A stretch of 64,000 nt of DNA from an uncultured Planctomycetota bacterium (GCA_963719315.1 CAVRBU010000001.1:96001-160000); one strand, 5' to 3'; numbered from the stretch's first letter, positions 1 through 11,314 are shown. Numbers and translations: made by a program. The notes: generated by a model from the letters alone, not told the origin.

Positions 1-795
1 TTCCAATCAATCGTAATGCGAACACCGGCCCGCGACTTCCCCGCCATATTCGCGGCGCCAGCGCGAAGCACCACAACCAGTAACAGCCGAGCCCGATGGC
101 GAGCGACGACCACGCCCGCGGCGCGCCCCACGCCGGCGGCCACTCCTGCGGCGCAACCGCCGTCACCGGCTCCAGCCACAAACGGCCGCCCCCCGCTCCG
201 ATCGCCGGCGCGCCATTCGGAAGCATTAGCTGCACGGCTGCGCTGCCCCGTTCCCCGGCGGTCCAGCCCGATCCGCCACATGCGGCAACAACGACATCGG
301 CACAAGCGTCGCCAACAACAATCCCAACAACGTGCCGGTGACCGTGATCTCATCCGGGATAAGCTTTTCATCAATATCAATGAACGACGCGGCCATCATC
401 CAACAAAAAAGAATCACGTGGCTAAGATACTGCCAATGAATGGGCCACGCCGGCGGCGCCACCGCGACCCCCTGCACCTGATCGCGAATCAAACCCAACC
501 GATCTACTTCCCACCAATACAGCGCCGCCAGCGCAATACCAACCGCCAACTCCAGCAGCATCGGCCGCCACCAAAACCGAGCCCCATGGAACTCCGCTTC
601 GCGGCTTAGCGCAAACCACCCAAAAATCGGCGCCCGATCCACCCACCGCCGCGGCCCAGCCCCCTCCGGCTGCCGACACCACGGCGAAATCGGCCGCGGG
701 TTCCACGCCAGCGTATAGATGGCCCAATTGACAAATGAGCCCAGGCACGCGCCCGCGAGAAACACGATCACGAGTCGCACGCCGAGCAGTGCCAT
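1..795 (-). CDS. Prepilin peptidase (A24)-like membrane protein; apparent frameshift near 240-270; runs off the window start
   Basis: N-terminus GACLGSFVN plus ASFIDID..LIPD motif. A second frame stays open from about 240 to base 1 with hydrophobic LAIGLGCYWLWCFALAPR, a plausible continuation. Confidence 0.7.
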
Positions 796-885
796 TGAGA
801 ATTCCGTTCCGCTAGCCTCTGAGATCCTGCCAACGTCAGCTTGCGGCGATCGGGGGTGCCACTCGCCGCGGCGAGTGCAGACGTA

Positions 886-1416
886 TCACAACCGCCGCAA
901 GATTTCCTCCGCCGCCTCCACCGCCGTCTTCCTCTCCGTATCCACAACAAGCGTAGCACACTGGCGATACAAGGGCGTCCGTTTGGCGAGCAACGCCTCA
1001 ACTTCCTCGCGCCCGCCCGATGTCGTCAGATTCGGCCGCCGACTGGCCGTCGCGCTGTCCGCCGCCAGCCGTTCAAGGATTGTATCCGTACTGGCCGTTA
1101 ACCACACGACTGAGCCGCCCGCCCCGCAAATCGCTTGGCGATTCGCCTCTCGCAACACGGCCCCGCCACCTAGCGCGATTACCCTCTCTCGCCGGCCGGA
1201 TAGTTCCGCTACGGCATCCGCCTCCATCTCGCGAAACGCCGCTTCTCCGTCCTCCGCGAAAATTCGAGCGATCGTCTTCCCGGCCCGGGCTTCGATCACA
1301 TCGTCGGCATCAACCCAGTCGCGGCCCAACCGCGCCGCCAACTCGCGCGCCACCGTCGTCTTGCCGGTCCCGCGATAACCAATCAGAAAAATCGGCGCGC
1401 CCGTCCCAAGAGTCAT
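886..1416 (-). CDS. aroK: Shikimate kinase
   Basis: P-loop GYRGTGKTT, DADD, GEAAFREME, LGGGAV; directly downstream of aroDE. Start taken at MTLGTG (ORF track starts at 1440). Confidence 0.93.
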   Translation of the reverse strand: MTLGTGAPIFLIGYRGTGKTTVARELAARLGRDWVDADDVIEARAGKTIARIFAEDGEAAFREMEADAVAELSGRRERVIALGGGAVLREANRQAICGAGGSVVWLTASTDTILERLAADSATASRRPNLTTSGGREEVEALLAKRTPLYRQCATLVVDTERKTAVEAAEEILRRL

Positions 1417-1467
1417 GCGAATCCATTCCCCATCACTCAACCCTCGACTCTAGACCCTCGACCATCT

Positions 1468-2958
1468 TCAATACTTTATCGGCCCAATCGCGCGTTTGAG
1501 CGTCTCCCGCATCAACGCCGACGGCGCGGCCATGCCCGTAAATAGCTGAAACTGAAGCTCGGCCTGACGAACGAACATCTCGACGCCGGTTACGGTCCTG
1601 CAGCCATGCGATTTGGCTTCCTTCAAGAGCAGCGTCGATTCCGGATTGTACACCGTGTCGAACACAATCATTGTCGGCTTCAAATTCGATTTGTTGAAGG
1701 GCGATTCGTCCACGTTGGGATGCATCCCGACCGGCGTGCAATTCACTAGAATGTCGGCCACGGTGTGGCGTGCCGACCATTCCACGCATTTGCCTCCGAA
1801 CGTGTCGGCCAATAGCTGAGCCCGCGATCGGGTGCGGCCAGCGATTGTCGCCTTGGCGCCCCGCCGTTGCAATCCATACATGATCGCGCGGGCTACGCCA
1901 CCGGCCCCCAATACGAGCACTTTCTTGTCCTGCAAAGGACTCGGCGTTCCGGGGGGCACTGCGCCGCCAAGCGCATTCTCCAAACAATCCATCGCCGCCT
2001 TATAGTCCGTGTTGTAGCCCAACACTTCTTCATCCTTGAACAACACCGTATTGACCGCCCCAATCCCCTTCACCGCCGGATCGACCTTCGTGAGAAACTT
2101 CGCGATCGCTTCCTTGTGCGGAATCGTCACGCTCAAGCCTTTGATCCCCAATCGCGTGACGTCTTCCATGAACTGGCCCAGTACGTCGTACGGCACGCGA
2201 AACGGCACGTAGACTGCATCAATGCCGACCGCCCCGAAAGCGGCGTTATGAATCTGCGGGCTGAGGCTGTGCCCCACCGGATCGGCCACCACGCCGTACA
2301 CTGCCGTCTCTGGCCCAATGCTGTTGTGCCGATACACGTTCACCATCTGGTCGTAGCTGAGCTGCCCCGGCGCAAGCGCCCGCTCGTGATGGAACGTGGC
2401 ATAGGTGAACGGCGCCCCGAACTTGGGGCCTAATATCCGCGACGGTGTGCCGATATCTCCCATGCACATGCCGATCGTCGGGCAATCGCTCTCTTGCATC
2501 ATTTCCAGCACGCGCAGATTATCGTGCGGCTGATTGGCCATCGTCGCGATCTTCACGATATCTGCGTCCAGCGCCTTCAGTTTTGCGTGCAGCTCGCGCA
2601 AGTTTTCCGGCGTATTGCGAAAGCTGTGGTAGCTGACGATCCGCTTCGTCTTCCCGAACCGCGGAATCTTGCTCGCGACGTCGTCTTCTAAATCGATGTA
2701 CTCAACGCCATTGGCGATCGCCTCGCGAAGCATCATCAGTCGCGTCTCTTCGCTGCCCGTGTACTTGCCGCCATCTTGTTCCCGGCGCACCGTGATCACC
2801 GTCTCGCACGGCCGATCCTTGACCAGCCGCTGAATGTTCACGCGCGAGTTGATATAGTCCAGCCGCAACTCGACCAACTCCGCCCCCTGCTCGACCAGGT
2901 GCGCGAACTCGGCCAGCATGTGCTTATGTCGGCTGCGACCAATACTGACGCAAATCAT
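1468..2958 (-). CDS. aroE: Bifunctional type I 3-dehydroquinate dehydratase / shikimate dehydrogenase (AroD-AroE fusion)
   Basis: N-terminal ELRLD, IVSYH, APGQ (AroD); C-terminal HSLSP, SVTIPHK, GAVNT, NTD, GAGG, DTVYNP (AroE). Confidence 0.95.
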   Translation of the reverse strand: MICVSIGRSRHKHMLAEFAHLVEQGAELVELRLDYINSRVNIQRLVKDRPCETVITVRREQDGGKYTGSEETRLMMLREAIANGVEYIDLEDDVASKIPRFGKTKRIVSYHSFRNTPENLRELHAKLKALDADIVKIATMANQPHDNLRVLEMMQESDCPTIGMCMGDIGTPSRILGPKFGAPFTYATFHHERALAPGQLSYDQMVNVYRHNSIGPETAVYGVVADPVGHSLSPQIHNAAFGAVGIDAVYVPFRVPYDVLGQFMEDVTRLGIKGLSVTIPHKEAIAKFLTKVDPAVKGIGAVNTVLFKDEEVLGYNTDYKAAMDCLENALGGAVPPGTPSPLQDKKVLVLGAGGVARAIMYGLQRRGAKATIAGRTRSRAQLLADTFGGKCVEWSARHTVADILVNCTPVGMHPNVDESPFNKSNLKPTMIVFDTVYNPESTLLLKEAKSHGCRTVTGVEMFVRQAELQFQLFTGMAAPSALMRETLKRAIGPIKY

Positions 2959-3096
2959 GGTGAAGAGGGGCAGAGGTCGGGAGGAGTGACTTCGGATAGC
3001 GGATTAGGCCAGTTTCATTCGCATCCCGCAATCCGAAGTCCGCAATAAATCGAGTTTTACCGCCAGCATCTATTGTGGTCTACGCTCGCGCCCGCA

Positions 3097-5004
3097 TCAA
3101 ATCCGCTTGAACTGCCGGTCCAAATCTTCCCGCGTGAAGGTCAGGGCGGTTGGCCGGCCGTGCGGGCAATGATGCTGGTCCTGCGCCAAATGCCGCTGGG
3201 CCAGGAGTGCCTCGACCTCTTCCGGCGTCAGGCGGTCGCCGAATTTTACCGCCGCCTTGCAGGCGATCATGTGGAGCAGCTCATCCAGCAAATCCCGGGC
3301 GTCCGGTTGCCGGCCCCCAGCCAGAAGCTTTTCGACCAATTCCCGCAGCACCTCGGCCGGGCTAAGATTGGCCAGCATCGCCGGATAGCTAGAAACCAGC
3401 ACCGTCTCTCCGCCAAACGGCTGCACCTCGACGCCAAGTTGCGCGAGCAACTCCGAATGCTCCAGAGCGGCCGCCGCTTCCGTTGCCGTCAAGTCCACCG
3501 GCTCCGGCACCAGCAGTTTTTGCGACTCCAACGCACCGGCGAGCACCTTCTCGCGTATCTGCTCATACAGAATCCGCTCATGCAGCGCATGCTGGTCGAT
3601 GACCTCGATTCCTGCGTTCGTTTCCACGACCAAATATCGATTGTGCACCTGCAAAGCATTCTGCGGCCCCTCTGAGGCGCGCACCGTATGGGCCTCATCC
3701 AGCCGCGAACTTGCAGTTTGCCGGTTCTGCGATGCCGCCTCATCCGAATCTCGCTCCGCTTTGCCGATATCAAACGGCCGCACCGCAGGTTGATCCAATC
3801 GATGCAACCGCAACGGTTCTTGGTCTGGAAAGGGAATGAAGTCGTCGCTTGCCGCGCGCCCCTGCGTCGGCGAAGCTCCCATCGACGCCTCCGTCGTCTG
3901 TCGCCCCAGTTGCTCCTTCGCCCAGTTCACCAACTCACTCGCGCCAGTGGTCGCCGATTCCTTTTCGCCAAAACTCGTGCCGAGGGGCGCTGGCGTCGCG
4001 CCCCGCACGTGCAAATCGGTCGTCAAAAACTTCGTCCTCAGCGTCCCCAACAGCAAACTGTACAGCCGCCCTGAGTCTTGAAACCGCACCTCCTGCTTCG
4101 TCGGATGTACGTTCACATCCACGAGGTCTGCCGGCATTTCGAGCCGCAGAAAACAAATCGGTTGCCGACCCGTCAGCAAAAGTCCTCGATACGCCTCGCC
4201 CAGCGCGTGCTGCAGCGCGCGGTCGCGAATCGCCCGGCCGTTGAGAAACAGGTATTGCATCCGCCCCGTCGCCCGGCTGTGCATCGGGTTGGCAACGAAG
4301 CCGTCAAGCGACACGCCCTCATTCGCGCTACGGACTTCGATCAAATCGTTCGCCAATTCGTCCCCGAAAAACGCCGTGATGCGATCGCGCAGATTCGCCA
4401 CCGGCGGCAAATCGTGAACCGTCCGCCCGTTGTGCGCGAGCGTGAAATGGATCTGCGGATGCGCAAGCGCCAGTCGCGTCACCGCCTCGATCGCATGCCC
4501 CATCTCAGTCTGTGGCGACCGCATGAACTTGTGCCGCACTGGCGTATTGAAGAACAGATTCCGCACTTCAATCTTCGTACCCACCGGGCAACCGACCGGC
4601 GCCACTTCGCTTGCCGAGCCGCCCACGACTTCCAATTCGGCCCCACTTTGGCCCTCAGCCGCTCGGCTTCGTATCGCCAACCGGCTCACTTCCGCGATCG
4701 ATGCCAGCGCCTCGCCGCGGAAACCCAGTGTCTTCACCGAAAACAAGTCGTCGGCCGAACGGATCTTGCTCGTCGCATGGCTCGCCACCGCCAGCGGCAA
4801 CTGCTCGGCCGCGATGCCGCAGCCATTATCGGCCACGCGAATGACTTCACTGCCGCCCTTTTCCAGCGTCACGTCGATCCGCGTCGCCCCGGCATCCACC
4901 GAGTTTTCTAACAACTCCTTCAGCACGCTCGCCGGCCTCTCGATCACTTCGCCCGCAGCAATCTTATTCACCACGCTCGTCGATAGTTGCTGGATGTTCG
5001 GCAT
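3097..5004 (-). CDS. mutL: DNA mismatch repair endonuclease MutL
   Basis: IAAGEVIERP, TLGFRGEAL, DVNVHPTK, DQHALHERILYE, CPHGRP. Confidence 0.98.
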   Translation of the reverse strand: MPNIQQLSTSVVNKIAAGEVIERPASVLKELLENSVDAGATRIDVTLEKGGSEVIRVADNGCGIAAEQLPLAVASHATSKIRSADDLFSVKTLGFRGEALASIAEVSRLAIRSRAAEGQSGAELEVVGGSASEVAPVGCPVGTKIEVRNLFFNTPVRHKFMRSPQTEMGHAIEAVTRLALAHPQIHFTLAHNGRTVHDLPPVANLRDRITAFFGDELANDLIEVRSANEGVSLDGFVANPMHSRATGRMQYLFLNGRAIRDRALQHALGEAYRGLLLTGRQPICFLRLEMPADLVDVNVHPTKQEVRFQDSGRLYSLLLGTLRTKFLTTDLHVRGATPAPLGTSFGEKESATTGASELVNWAKEQLGRQTTEASMGASPTQGRAASDDFIPFPDQEPLRLHRLDQPAVRPFDIGKAERDSDEAASQNRQTASSRLDEAHTVRASEGPQNALQVHNRYLVVETNAGIEVIDQHALHERILYEQIREKVLAGALESQKLLVPEPVDLTATEAAAALEHSELLAQLGVEVQPFGGETVLVSSYPAMLANLSPAEVLRELVEKLLAGGRQPDARDLLDELLHMIACKAAVKFGDRLTPEEVEALLAQRHLAQDQHHCPHGRPTALTFTREDLDRQFKRI

Positions 5005-5120
5005 AACGCGACACGATCAGTAGAAAGAGATTTGTCATTGCAAAGTTGTCATTTGTCATTGGCCATTTCTGAATTGACCAATTTCAAATGACCAATTACC
5101 AATGACAAATCATTTTGAAG

Positions 5121-6524
5121 TTAAGACAGTCCATATTCCTTAATCTTCCGATACAGCGTCCGCTCGCCGATGCCCAGCATGCTGGCCGCCTCCTCGCGAT
5201 TGCCGCCGGTCACGCGCAGCGTTTCGCCGATGAACAGCGCTTCAATCTCCGCCATCGACTTGCCTACCAATTCGTGCATGCCGTCGGTGCCCGCGGCTGC
5301 GACGGGTTCCCCGGTCGGCGGGGCGAGCTCGTCCGGAAGATCATCAAGGTCCAGCACTTCGTCGATATCCACGACCACCATGCTCTCGATCACGTTCCGC
5401 AACTGCCGCACGTTGCCCGGCCAATCGAATGCCAACAACCGCCGCCGGGCTGCGGTCGAAATGCCGCGAATCGACTTCTGATGCCGCTTGGAGTGCTCCT
5501 TTACGAAGTAATCAACGAGCAGCGGAATGTCCTCGCGTCGCTCCACGAGCCGCGGCAAATTGATCGTCACTACCTTGAGGCGATGGTACAAATCCTCGCG
5601 AAACGTGCCGGCCTCGATCGCCTTTTCTAAATCGCGATTCGTCGCCGAGACGATGCGCACGTTCACGCGCACCGGCTCGTTCGACCCGACCCGCGTGATC
5701 TCGCCGCTTTCCAGCACGCGGAGCAGCTTGATCTGCGTCGGGATCGGCATGTCGCCGACTTCGTCCAAAAACAGCGTGCCGCCATCCGCGTATTCGAACT
5801 TCCCTTGCCGATCGCTCGACGCATCGGTGAACGCCCCGCGTATGTGCCCGAACAATTCGCTTTCCAGGATATGCTCGCTGAGCGCCGCACAATTGAGTGG
5901 CACGAATGGCCGCTTCTTCCGCGGGCTGTTCTGGTGAATCGCCTTGGCCACTAACTCTTTGCCGGTGCCCGTTTCACCTTGGATCAGAATCGTGGCGTCC
6001 GTCGGCGCGATTCGCTGCAACCGCGTCACGACATCGTGCATTTGCGGGCTATTGCCGATGACGCCCTCGAAGCCGAACCGCTCATCTAGCCGCCGATGCA
6101 GTTCCGCGTTCGCCCGCCGCAGGTATTGGCTGCGGGCCGCGTTTTCCACCACGGCCCGCAGTTGCTTCAAATCGAGCGGCTTCAAGAGATAATTGAATGC
6201 CCCGCGCTGCATTGCCTCGACCGCCGACTCGATCGTGCCATGCCCCGTGACCAGCACAATCTCCGCATCCGGCTGCAATTCCTTGCATTTGGCCAGCACT
6301 TCGAGCCCGCCGACGTCCGGCATTTTCAAATCGGTAACCACGATCTCGAACGTAGTCGATTCCAGCAGCGAAATCGCCTCCCGCCCTCCGCCCGCCACCG
6401 TGCACGCGAACCCTACGCTCCGCAAACTATCGGCCATCGCCTCCGCATGGGCTAAATCGTTATCAACGACCAGCACCTGAATCGGCGGTCCGGCACTGGC
6501 GGCAGTCGAGGGCTTGGGAGGCAT
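5121..6524 (-). CDS. Sigma-54-dependent response regulator (NtrC family: REC, AAA+, Fis HTH)
   Basis: Receiver domain, [29 protein letters not shown]-terminal HTH. Confidence 0.95.
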   Translation of the reverse strand: MPPKPSTAASAGPPIQVLVVDNDLAHAEAMADSLRSVGFACTVAGGGREAISLLESTTFEIVVTDLKMPDVGGLEVLAKCKELQPDAEIVLVTGHGTIESAVEAMQRGAFNYLLKPLDLKQLRAVVENAARSQYLRRANAELHRRLDERFGFEGVIGNSPQMHDVVTRLQRIAPTDATILIQGETGTGKELVAKAIHQNSPRKKRPFVPLNCAALSEHILESELFGHIRGAFTDASSDRQGKFEYADGGTLFLDEVGDMPIPTQIKLLRVLESGEITRVGSNEPVRVNVRIVSATNRDLEKAIEAGTFREDLYHRLKVVTINLPRLVERREDIPLLVDYFVKEHSKRHQKSIRGISTAARRRLLAFDWPGNVRQLRNVIESMVVVDIDEVLDLDDLPDELAPPTGEPVAAAGTDGMHELVGKSMAEIEALFIGETLRVTGGNREEAASMLGIGERTLYRKIKEYGLS

Positions 6525-6653
6525 GAATCGATGATACCGTTAGGCCACGGGCACCGGAAAGGGGCGACATAGCACAAGTCAAACTGTACGGCGTACTCTG
6601 TACACGAGTACGCCGCTAACGCGGAGCGCCAACCCACCGACCGATTGCTGACG

Positions 6654-7427
6654 TTATTTCTCACCGCCCGCCAGCCGCGCCGGCACCGGCAGCTCGATCG
6701 TGATCTGCGTGCCGTGTCCCAGTTCGCTTTGCACACCTATCCGCCCGCCGTGGGCATCGATGATCTTTTGCGTCGTCGGTAGTCCCAGGCCCGTCCCATT
6801 CGGCTTCGTGGAAAAAAACGCTTCGAACATTCGCGACGCCGTTGCCTCGTTCATTCCGCAACCCGTGTCGATCAAATGCACGACGACCATATCGCTTTTC
6901 GCCGCCGTGCGCACGACAAGCTCCCCACCCTCGGGCATGGCTTGCTTGGCATTGATGATCAGATTCAAGAGTGCCTGCCGAAACGCCTCGCGATCCAGCA
7001 TCACTCGCGGCAATTCCGGGTCGAGATAACGCACGATCTCGACGCCGGCGTCCTTGGCCTCGGGCGCGAAGAACTCGAGCGCGTCGGCAATCTGATAATT
7101 CAGATCCGACGATTGCAATTGGAGCCGCCGTACCTTGGCGAAGTTAAGGAATTCATCGAGTAACGACTGCAACCGCTGACATTCGCGGCGGACCACTTCC
7201 ACTCGCTTCAGCGACCGCCGCACGACGGGCGACTCGGCTTCGCCCATGTCCTCGGCCAACAACTCCATGTTGAGCCGAATCGTCGACAGCGGGTTCTTGA
7301 TCTCGTGCGCCAGCCCCCCCGCCAACTGCGCAATCTCCGTGTACTGATCCATCAACCGCTGGACGGTAGCAGCGGAGTCATCGGGAGGCATTGCCACGCT
7401 CGGTTGCCGGATCGACATGGCAGACAA
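6654..7427 (-). CDS. Histidine kinase (HisKA + HATPase only, no obvious input domain)
   Basis: LAHEIKNPL H-box, N-box NLIINA, DTGCG, FFSTKPNGTGLGL. Confidence 0.92.
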   Translation of the reverse strand: MSAMSIRQPSVAMPPDDSAATVQRLMDQYTEIAQLAGGLAHEIKNPLSTIRLNMELLAEDMGEAESPVVRRSLKRVEVVRRECQRLQSLLDEFLNFAKVRRLQLQSSDLNYQIADALEFFAPEAKDAGVEIVRYLDPELPRVMLDREAFRQALLNLIINAKQAMPEGGELVVRTAAKSDMVVVHLIDTGCGMNEATASRMFEAFFSTKPNGTGLGLPTTQKIIDAHGGRIGVQSELGHGTQITIELPVPARLAGGEK

Positions 7428-7494
7428 AGATAATTAGAGGGGGAGACAAGGAGATTCGATCGAAATCCTCTCCTCGTCTCCTTGTCTTTTCGAA

Positions 7495-9618
7495 CTACGG
7501 CGTGCCGTCGCCATTCGACTCAGCCGTTGCCATCTCGCGCATTGCCGCCTTGCGGCTCAGTTTCACGCGATCTTGCTCGTCCACGGCGATCACCTTGACC
7601 ATCATCGTATCGCCCACGCGGCAGACATCGCCGACGCTCGACACGTAGTCATCGGCCAGCTCGCTGATGTGGCACAAGCCGTCTTTGCCGGGCAGAATCT
7701 CCACGAACGCGCCAAAATCTTTCACGCTCGTTACGGTGCCCTCGTAAATCCGGCCAACCTGCACGCTGGCCGTCATCGCCTCGACGCGGCCCAGCGCTCG
7801 CTTGACCGATTCTTCGTCGGCGCCCGCGATCGTCACGGTGCCGTCTTCCTCGACGTCGATCGTCACGCCATGATCTTCCTGAATGCCGCGAATATTCTTG
7901 CCGCCGGGGCCGATGAGCAAGCCGATCTTTTCCGGATCGATTTTCGTGCGGGCCAAGCGCGGTGCGCTGGGCGACGTATTCGGCCGCGGCCGTGGAATCG
8001 TCGAGAGCATCGACCGCAAGATCTCCATCCGCGCTTCGCGTGACTGGGCCAGCGTCGCCTTCACGATCTCTTCGCTGATGCCCCGCGTCTTGAGGTCCAA
8101 TTGGATGCCCGTGATGCCGTTCTGAGTGCCGGCGATCTTGAAATCCATGTCGCCATAGTGGTCCTCGTCGCCGATGATGTCGGTCAGCAGCACCCACTGG
8201 TCGCCCTCCTTCACCAAGCCGGTCGAAATTCCGGCCACCGGGTTCGTGATCGGCACGCCCGCTGCCATCAGTCCCAACGTCGCGCCGCACACGCTGGCCA
8301 TCGAACTCGAACCGTTCGATTCCAGAATGTCCGAGATGACGCGAATCGTGTACGGGAACTCGTCGTGCGACGGCAGAACCGGGTTCACGCTCCGCTCGGC
8401 CAGCATGCCGTGACCAATCTCGCGTCGCCCCGGACCGCGAATCGGGCGAACCTCACCCACGGAGAACGACGGGAAGTTGTAATCCAACATGAAATGCTTC
8501 GAGTATTCCTCGAACAGCCCGTCCACGCGTTGCTCGTCCCGGCCCGTGCCGAGCGCCACCGTCACCAAAGCCTGCGTCTCGCCGCGCTGGAACAACGCCG
8601 AACCGTGTACCCGCGGCAGCAAATCCACTTCGCAGTAGATCTCCCGCAACGCCTTGTTTCCGCGGCCGTCCGATCGCGTGCCGCTCAAGATCAAGTCGCG
8701 TACCACACGCTCTTCCAAGGCGTGCCATGCCTTGTTGAACGAATCAGCCGTCGGCGCGCCTTCCGCCTTCGGATCGGGAATCGCTTCCGCGAGCGCTTGC
8801 GTCTTGAGCAGCGATACCGCTTCGGCCCGCGCGTGCTTGCCTTCGGTTCGCTTGGCGTCCTTAAGCCGATCGTACATCGTGCTTCGCAACCGATCGTACA
8901 GCCCGTCGTTTGCCGGCGGCGCGAATTCCATCTTCTTTACGCCGACCTTGTCGATTAGCTCCTGCTGCAAATCGCACAACTCGCGCACGTATTTTTGAGC
9001 CTCATTCAGCGCTTCGAGCATGCGGTCCTCGCGCATCTCGCGCGAAAATCCCTCGATCATCAGCACGGCATCCCGCGTGCCAGAGACGATCAGGTCCAAC
9101 TCGCTTACCTCCAGTTCATCGTGCGTCGGGAACGGAACGAAGCGGCCGTCCACCAGCCCTAGCCGCACTGCCCCTAGCGGCCCCTCGAACGGCAGCGGAG
9201 AAATGCACAGCGCCGCCGACGAGCCAATCATGGCCAGCACGTCGCCGTCCATTTGCCTGTCGCTGGAGAGCACGAAGCTCTGGATTTGAACCTCGTCGTT
9301 GAAGCCCTCGGCGAACATCGGCCGAATGGGCCGGTCGATCAGCCGCGACGTGAGCGTTTCCTTGGTCGTCGGCCGGCCTTCGCGCTTCAAAAAACCGCCC
9401 GGGAACTTGCCGGCCGCCGCTTGCCGCTCGCGGTAATCGCACGTCAGCGGAAAATAATCCATCCCCGGTCGGGCCGGGCCCGTCGCCGCCGCGCTTAGCG
9501 TGACGGTCTCCCCATACTGCACCAAACACGCTCCCGCCGCCTGCTTGGCCAGCGCCCCGGTCTCGATGCTCAGAACATGCTTACCAATCTGCCGTTCGAC
9601 TCGAATTCGCTTTAACAT
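7495..9618 (-). CDS. pnp: Polyribonucleotide nucleotidyltransferase (PNPase)
   Basis: RLIDRPIRP, ESNGSSSMA, GDMDFK, KH and S1 domains; downstream of rpsO. Confidence 0.98.
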   Translation of the reverse strand: MLKRIRVERQIGKHVLSIETGALAKQAAGACLVQYGETVTLSAAATGPARPGMDYFPLTCDYRERQAAAGKFPGGFLKREGRPTTKETLTSRLIDRPIRPMFAEGFNDEVQIQSFVLSSDRQMDGDVLAMIGSSAALCISPLPFEGPLGAVRLGLVDGRFVPFPTHDELEVSELDLIVSGTRDAVLMIEGFSREMREDRMLEALNEAQKYVRELCDLQQELIDKVGVKKMEFAPPANDGLYDRLRSTMYDRLKDAKRTEGKHARAEAVSLLKTQALAEAIPDPKAEGAPTADSFNKAWHALEERVVRDLILSGTRSDGRGNKALREIYCEVDLLPRVHGSALFQRGETQALVTVALGTGRDEQRVDGLFEEYSKHFMLDYNFPSFSVGEVRPIRGPGRREIGHGMLAERSVNPVLPSHDEFPYTIRVISDILESNGSSSMASVCGATLGLMAAGVPITNPVAGISTGLVKEGDQWVLLTDIIGDEDHYGDMDFKIAGTQNGITGIQLDLKTRGISEEIVKATLAQSREARMEILRSMLSTIPRPRPNTSPSAPRLARTKIDPEKIGLLIGPGGKNIRGIQEDHGVTIDVEEDGTVTIAGADEESVKRALGRVEAMTASVQVGRIYEGTVTSVKDFGAFVEILPGKDGLCHISELADDYVSSVGDVCRVGDTMMVKVIAVDEQDRVKLSRKAAMREMATAESNGDGTP

Positions 9619-9906
9619 TCTCTTCCTTTACTTTCCCAAAAAATTGATATTTGTGTCGGTTGCCCCGGCTTGCTGCCGGCTGCTTCGGGGTGCCACTGGC
9701 TCTGCCAGTGCCAAACGGCAACTCGCCTTGCCGAACCAAAAGTTGGAATCTTGCGCGGCCAACATCGTCCGGCAGAAAACGCGCAAATTACGCCAGAGTG
9801 GCGGAGACAAAAAGAATAGTGGAGTAGAGGAGCAGTGGAGAAGTGGAGTAGCCGACGCTTCGAACCTACTCCACTACTCCTCTACTCCGCTACCGCTCTA
9901 ATCCTT

Positions 9907-10176
9907 CTACTTCCGAATCTCCAGACGCCGCAACAGCTCGAGATACTTCTCGGGATTGATTCGCTTAACGTAATCCAACAGCCGCCGCCGCCGGCTGACC
10001 ATCCCCAACAAACCACGCCGACTGGCGTAGTCCTTGGAGTGCAATTTCAAATGGTCGGTCATCTGGGCGATCCGAGAGGTGAGCAGCGCAATCTGGATTT
10101 CCGGAGAGCCCGAATCCGAGGCTCCGCGGCCAAATTCACCCTTCAGTTGCTGTTTCCGCTCTTTCGTTAGTTCCAT
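9907..10176 (-). CDS. rpsO: 30S ribosomal protein S15
   Basis: 89 aa from ATG at 10176: DSGSPEIQIALLT..HSKDYASRRGLL; canonical rpsO-pnp synteny. Confidence 0.97.
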   Translation of the reverse strand: MELTKERKQQLKGEFGRGASDSGSPEIQIALLTSRIAQMTDHLKLHSKDYASRRGLLGMVSRRRRLLDYVKRINPEKYLELLRRLEIRK

Positions 10177-10634
10177 GACTTTTCCCGTGTGCATCCGGCC
10201 GCCAAACCCGTCGGCCGCCGGATCATCTCGCTCTGGTGCGCTGCATACTCCAAGCCAGTCTGGCCGTAGCTGAATTCGCAAGAATTCAGTTTTACTTCAT
10301 CCGACCGGACATGGCTATTCTGCCTAAGCTGACACCAACTCCTTCTGACTTCCGCGGCAGCCCTTCTACCGCTGTAACCTAAAAACTACTTACCACTTGC
10401 GACAATTATCGCTGCTTAAACACCTTAGTCTAAGGATTGGCCCGCCGATTGCAACCGCAAATTCCCTGGAAGCTTCGGGCGGTGATCGAGGAGCCGGAAA
10501 AACCTCAGTTCTCGCTCTCCTTTTGAGAGTTGGCCGGCTTGCTCGGAACTCGCCATGGCGAGTTGAGATTGCGTTACCCCACTCCCCACTCCCTTTTTTG
10601 CCTCCCACCATCGTAGCGCGGTATCCTACCCGCC

Positions 10635-11207
10635 ATGCGCGATGTCACCCAAATCCTGTCGGCCATTGAGCAGGGCAATCTGCATGCCGCCGACGACCTG
10701 CTGCCGCTGGTCTACAACGAGCTCCGCAAACTAGCCGCCCAACGCCTCGGCCACGAAAAGCCCGGCCAGACCCTGCCCGCGACAGCCTTGGTCCATGAAG
10801 CCTACCTGCGGCTAGTCGACCCCAACGTTGCAACTCACTGGAACAGCCGTGGACACTTCTTTGCCGCCGCCGCTGAGGCCATGCGCCGAATCCTCGTCGA
10901 AAACGCTCGCCGCAAGGCCAGCCTCAAACACGGCGGCGGCCGCGACCGCGTTGATCTCGACTCCGCTTGCGCGGCGATCGACCCCCCATCGCTCGATTTG
11001 CTGGCCCTGGACGAAGCGCTCACCGAGCTCGCGACCAGCGAACCCGCCAAGGCCGAACTCGTAAAGCTCCGCTACTTTGCCGGTCTGACGATGCCCGAAG
11101 CCGCCGCTGCCCTGGGTATTTCCCTGGCCACCGCCGAGCGCCATTGGACGTTCGCCCGATCCTGGCTGTACGCGGAATTGAACGACGAAAGCCGGCCTCC
11201 CCCGTAG
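10635..11207 (+). CDS. ECF sigma factor, planctomycete TIGR02999-type
   Basis: DVTQILSAIEQG..LLPLVYNELRKLAA..ATALVHEAYLRL..LRYFAGL; directly upstream of a Ser/Thr kinase. Confidence 0.92.
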   Translation: MRDVTQILSAIEQGNLHAADDLLPLVYNELRKLAAQRLGHEKPGQTLPATALVHEAYLRLVDPNVATHWNSRGHFFAAAAEAMRRILVENARRKASLKHGGGRDRVDLDSACAAIDPPSLDLLALDEALTELATSEPAKAELVKLRYFAGLTMPEAAAALGISLATAERHWTFARSWLYAELNDESRPPP

Positions 11208-11314
11208 CTAAAGTTGCAAAGCTTCAGAATGGAACTGTGAATTCTAGCGAATCCAGCTACGGTCCATGAGGGGGTTGCCAGCCGGTTTTCGCACTGTCTT
11301 ACGGAGAGCCACAC

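Noticed and set aside
226..270. Frameshifts in host genes (prepilin peptidase, desaturase 5' end, ~49650, ~52170, ~57100-57380) as programmed frameshifting or phase variation
   Set aside because: No consistent slippery or repeat tract; indel sequencing error is more parsimonious.
10177..10290. Possible S15 autoregulatory leader RNA
   Set aside because: The position is plausible, but I cannot support a specific structure by eye.
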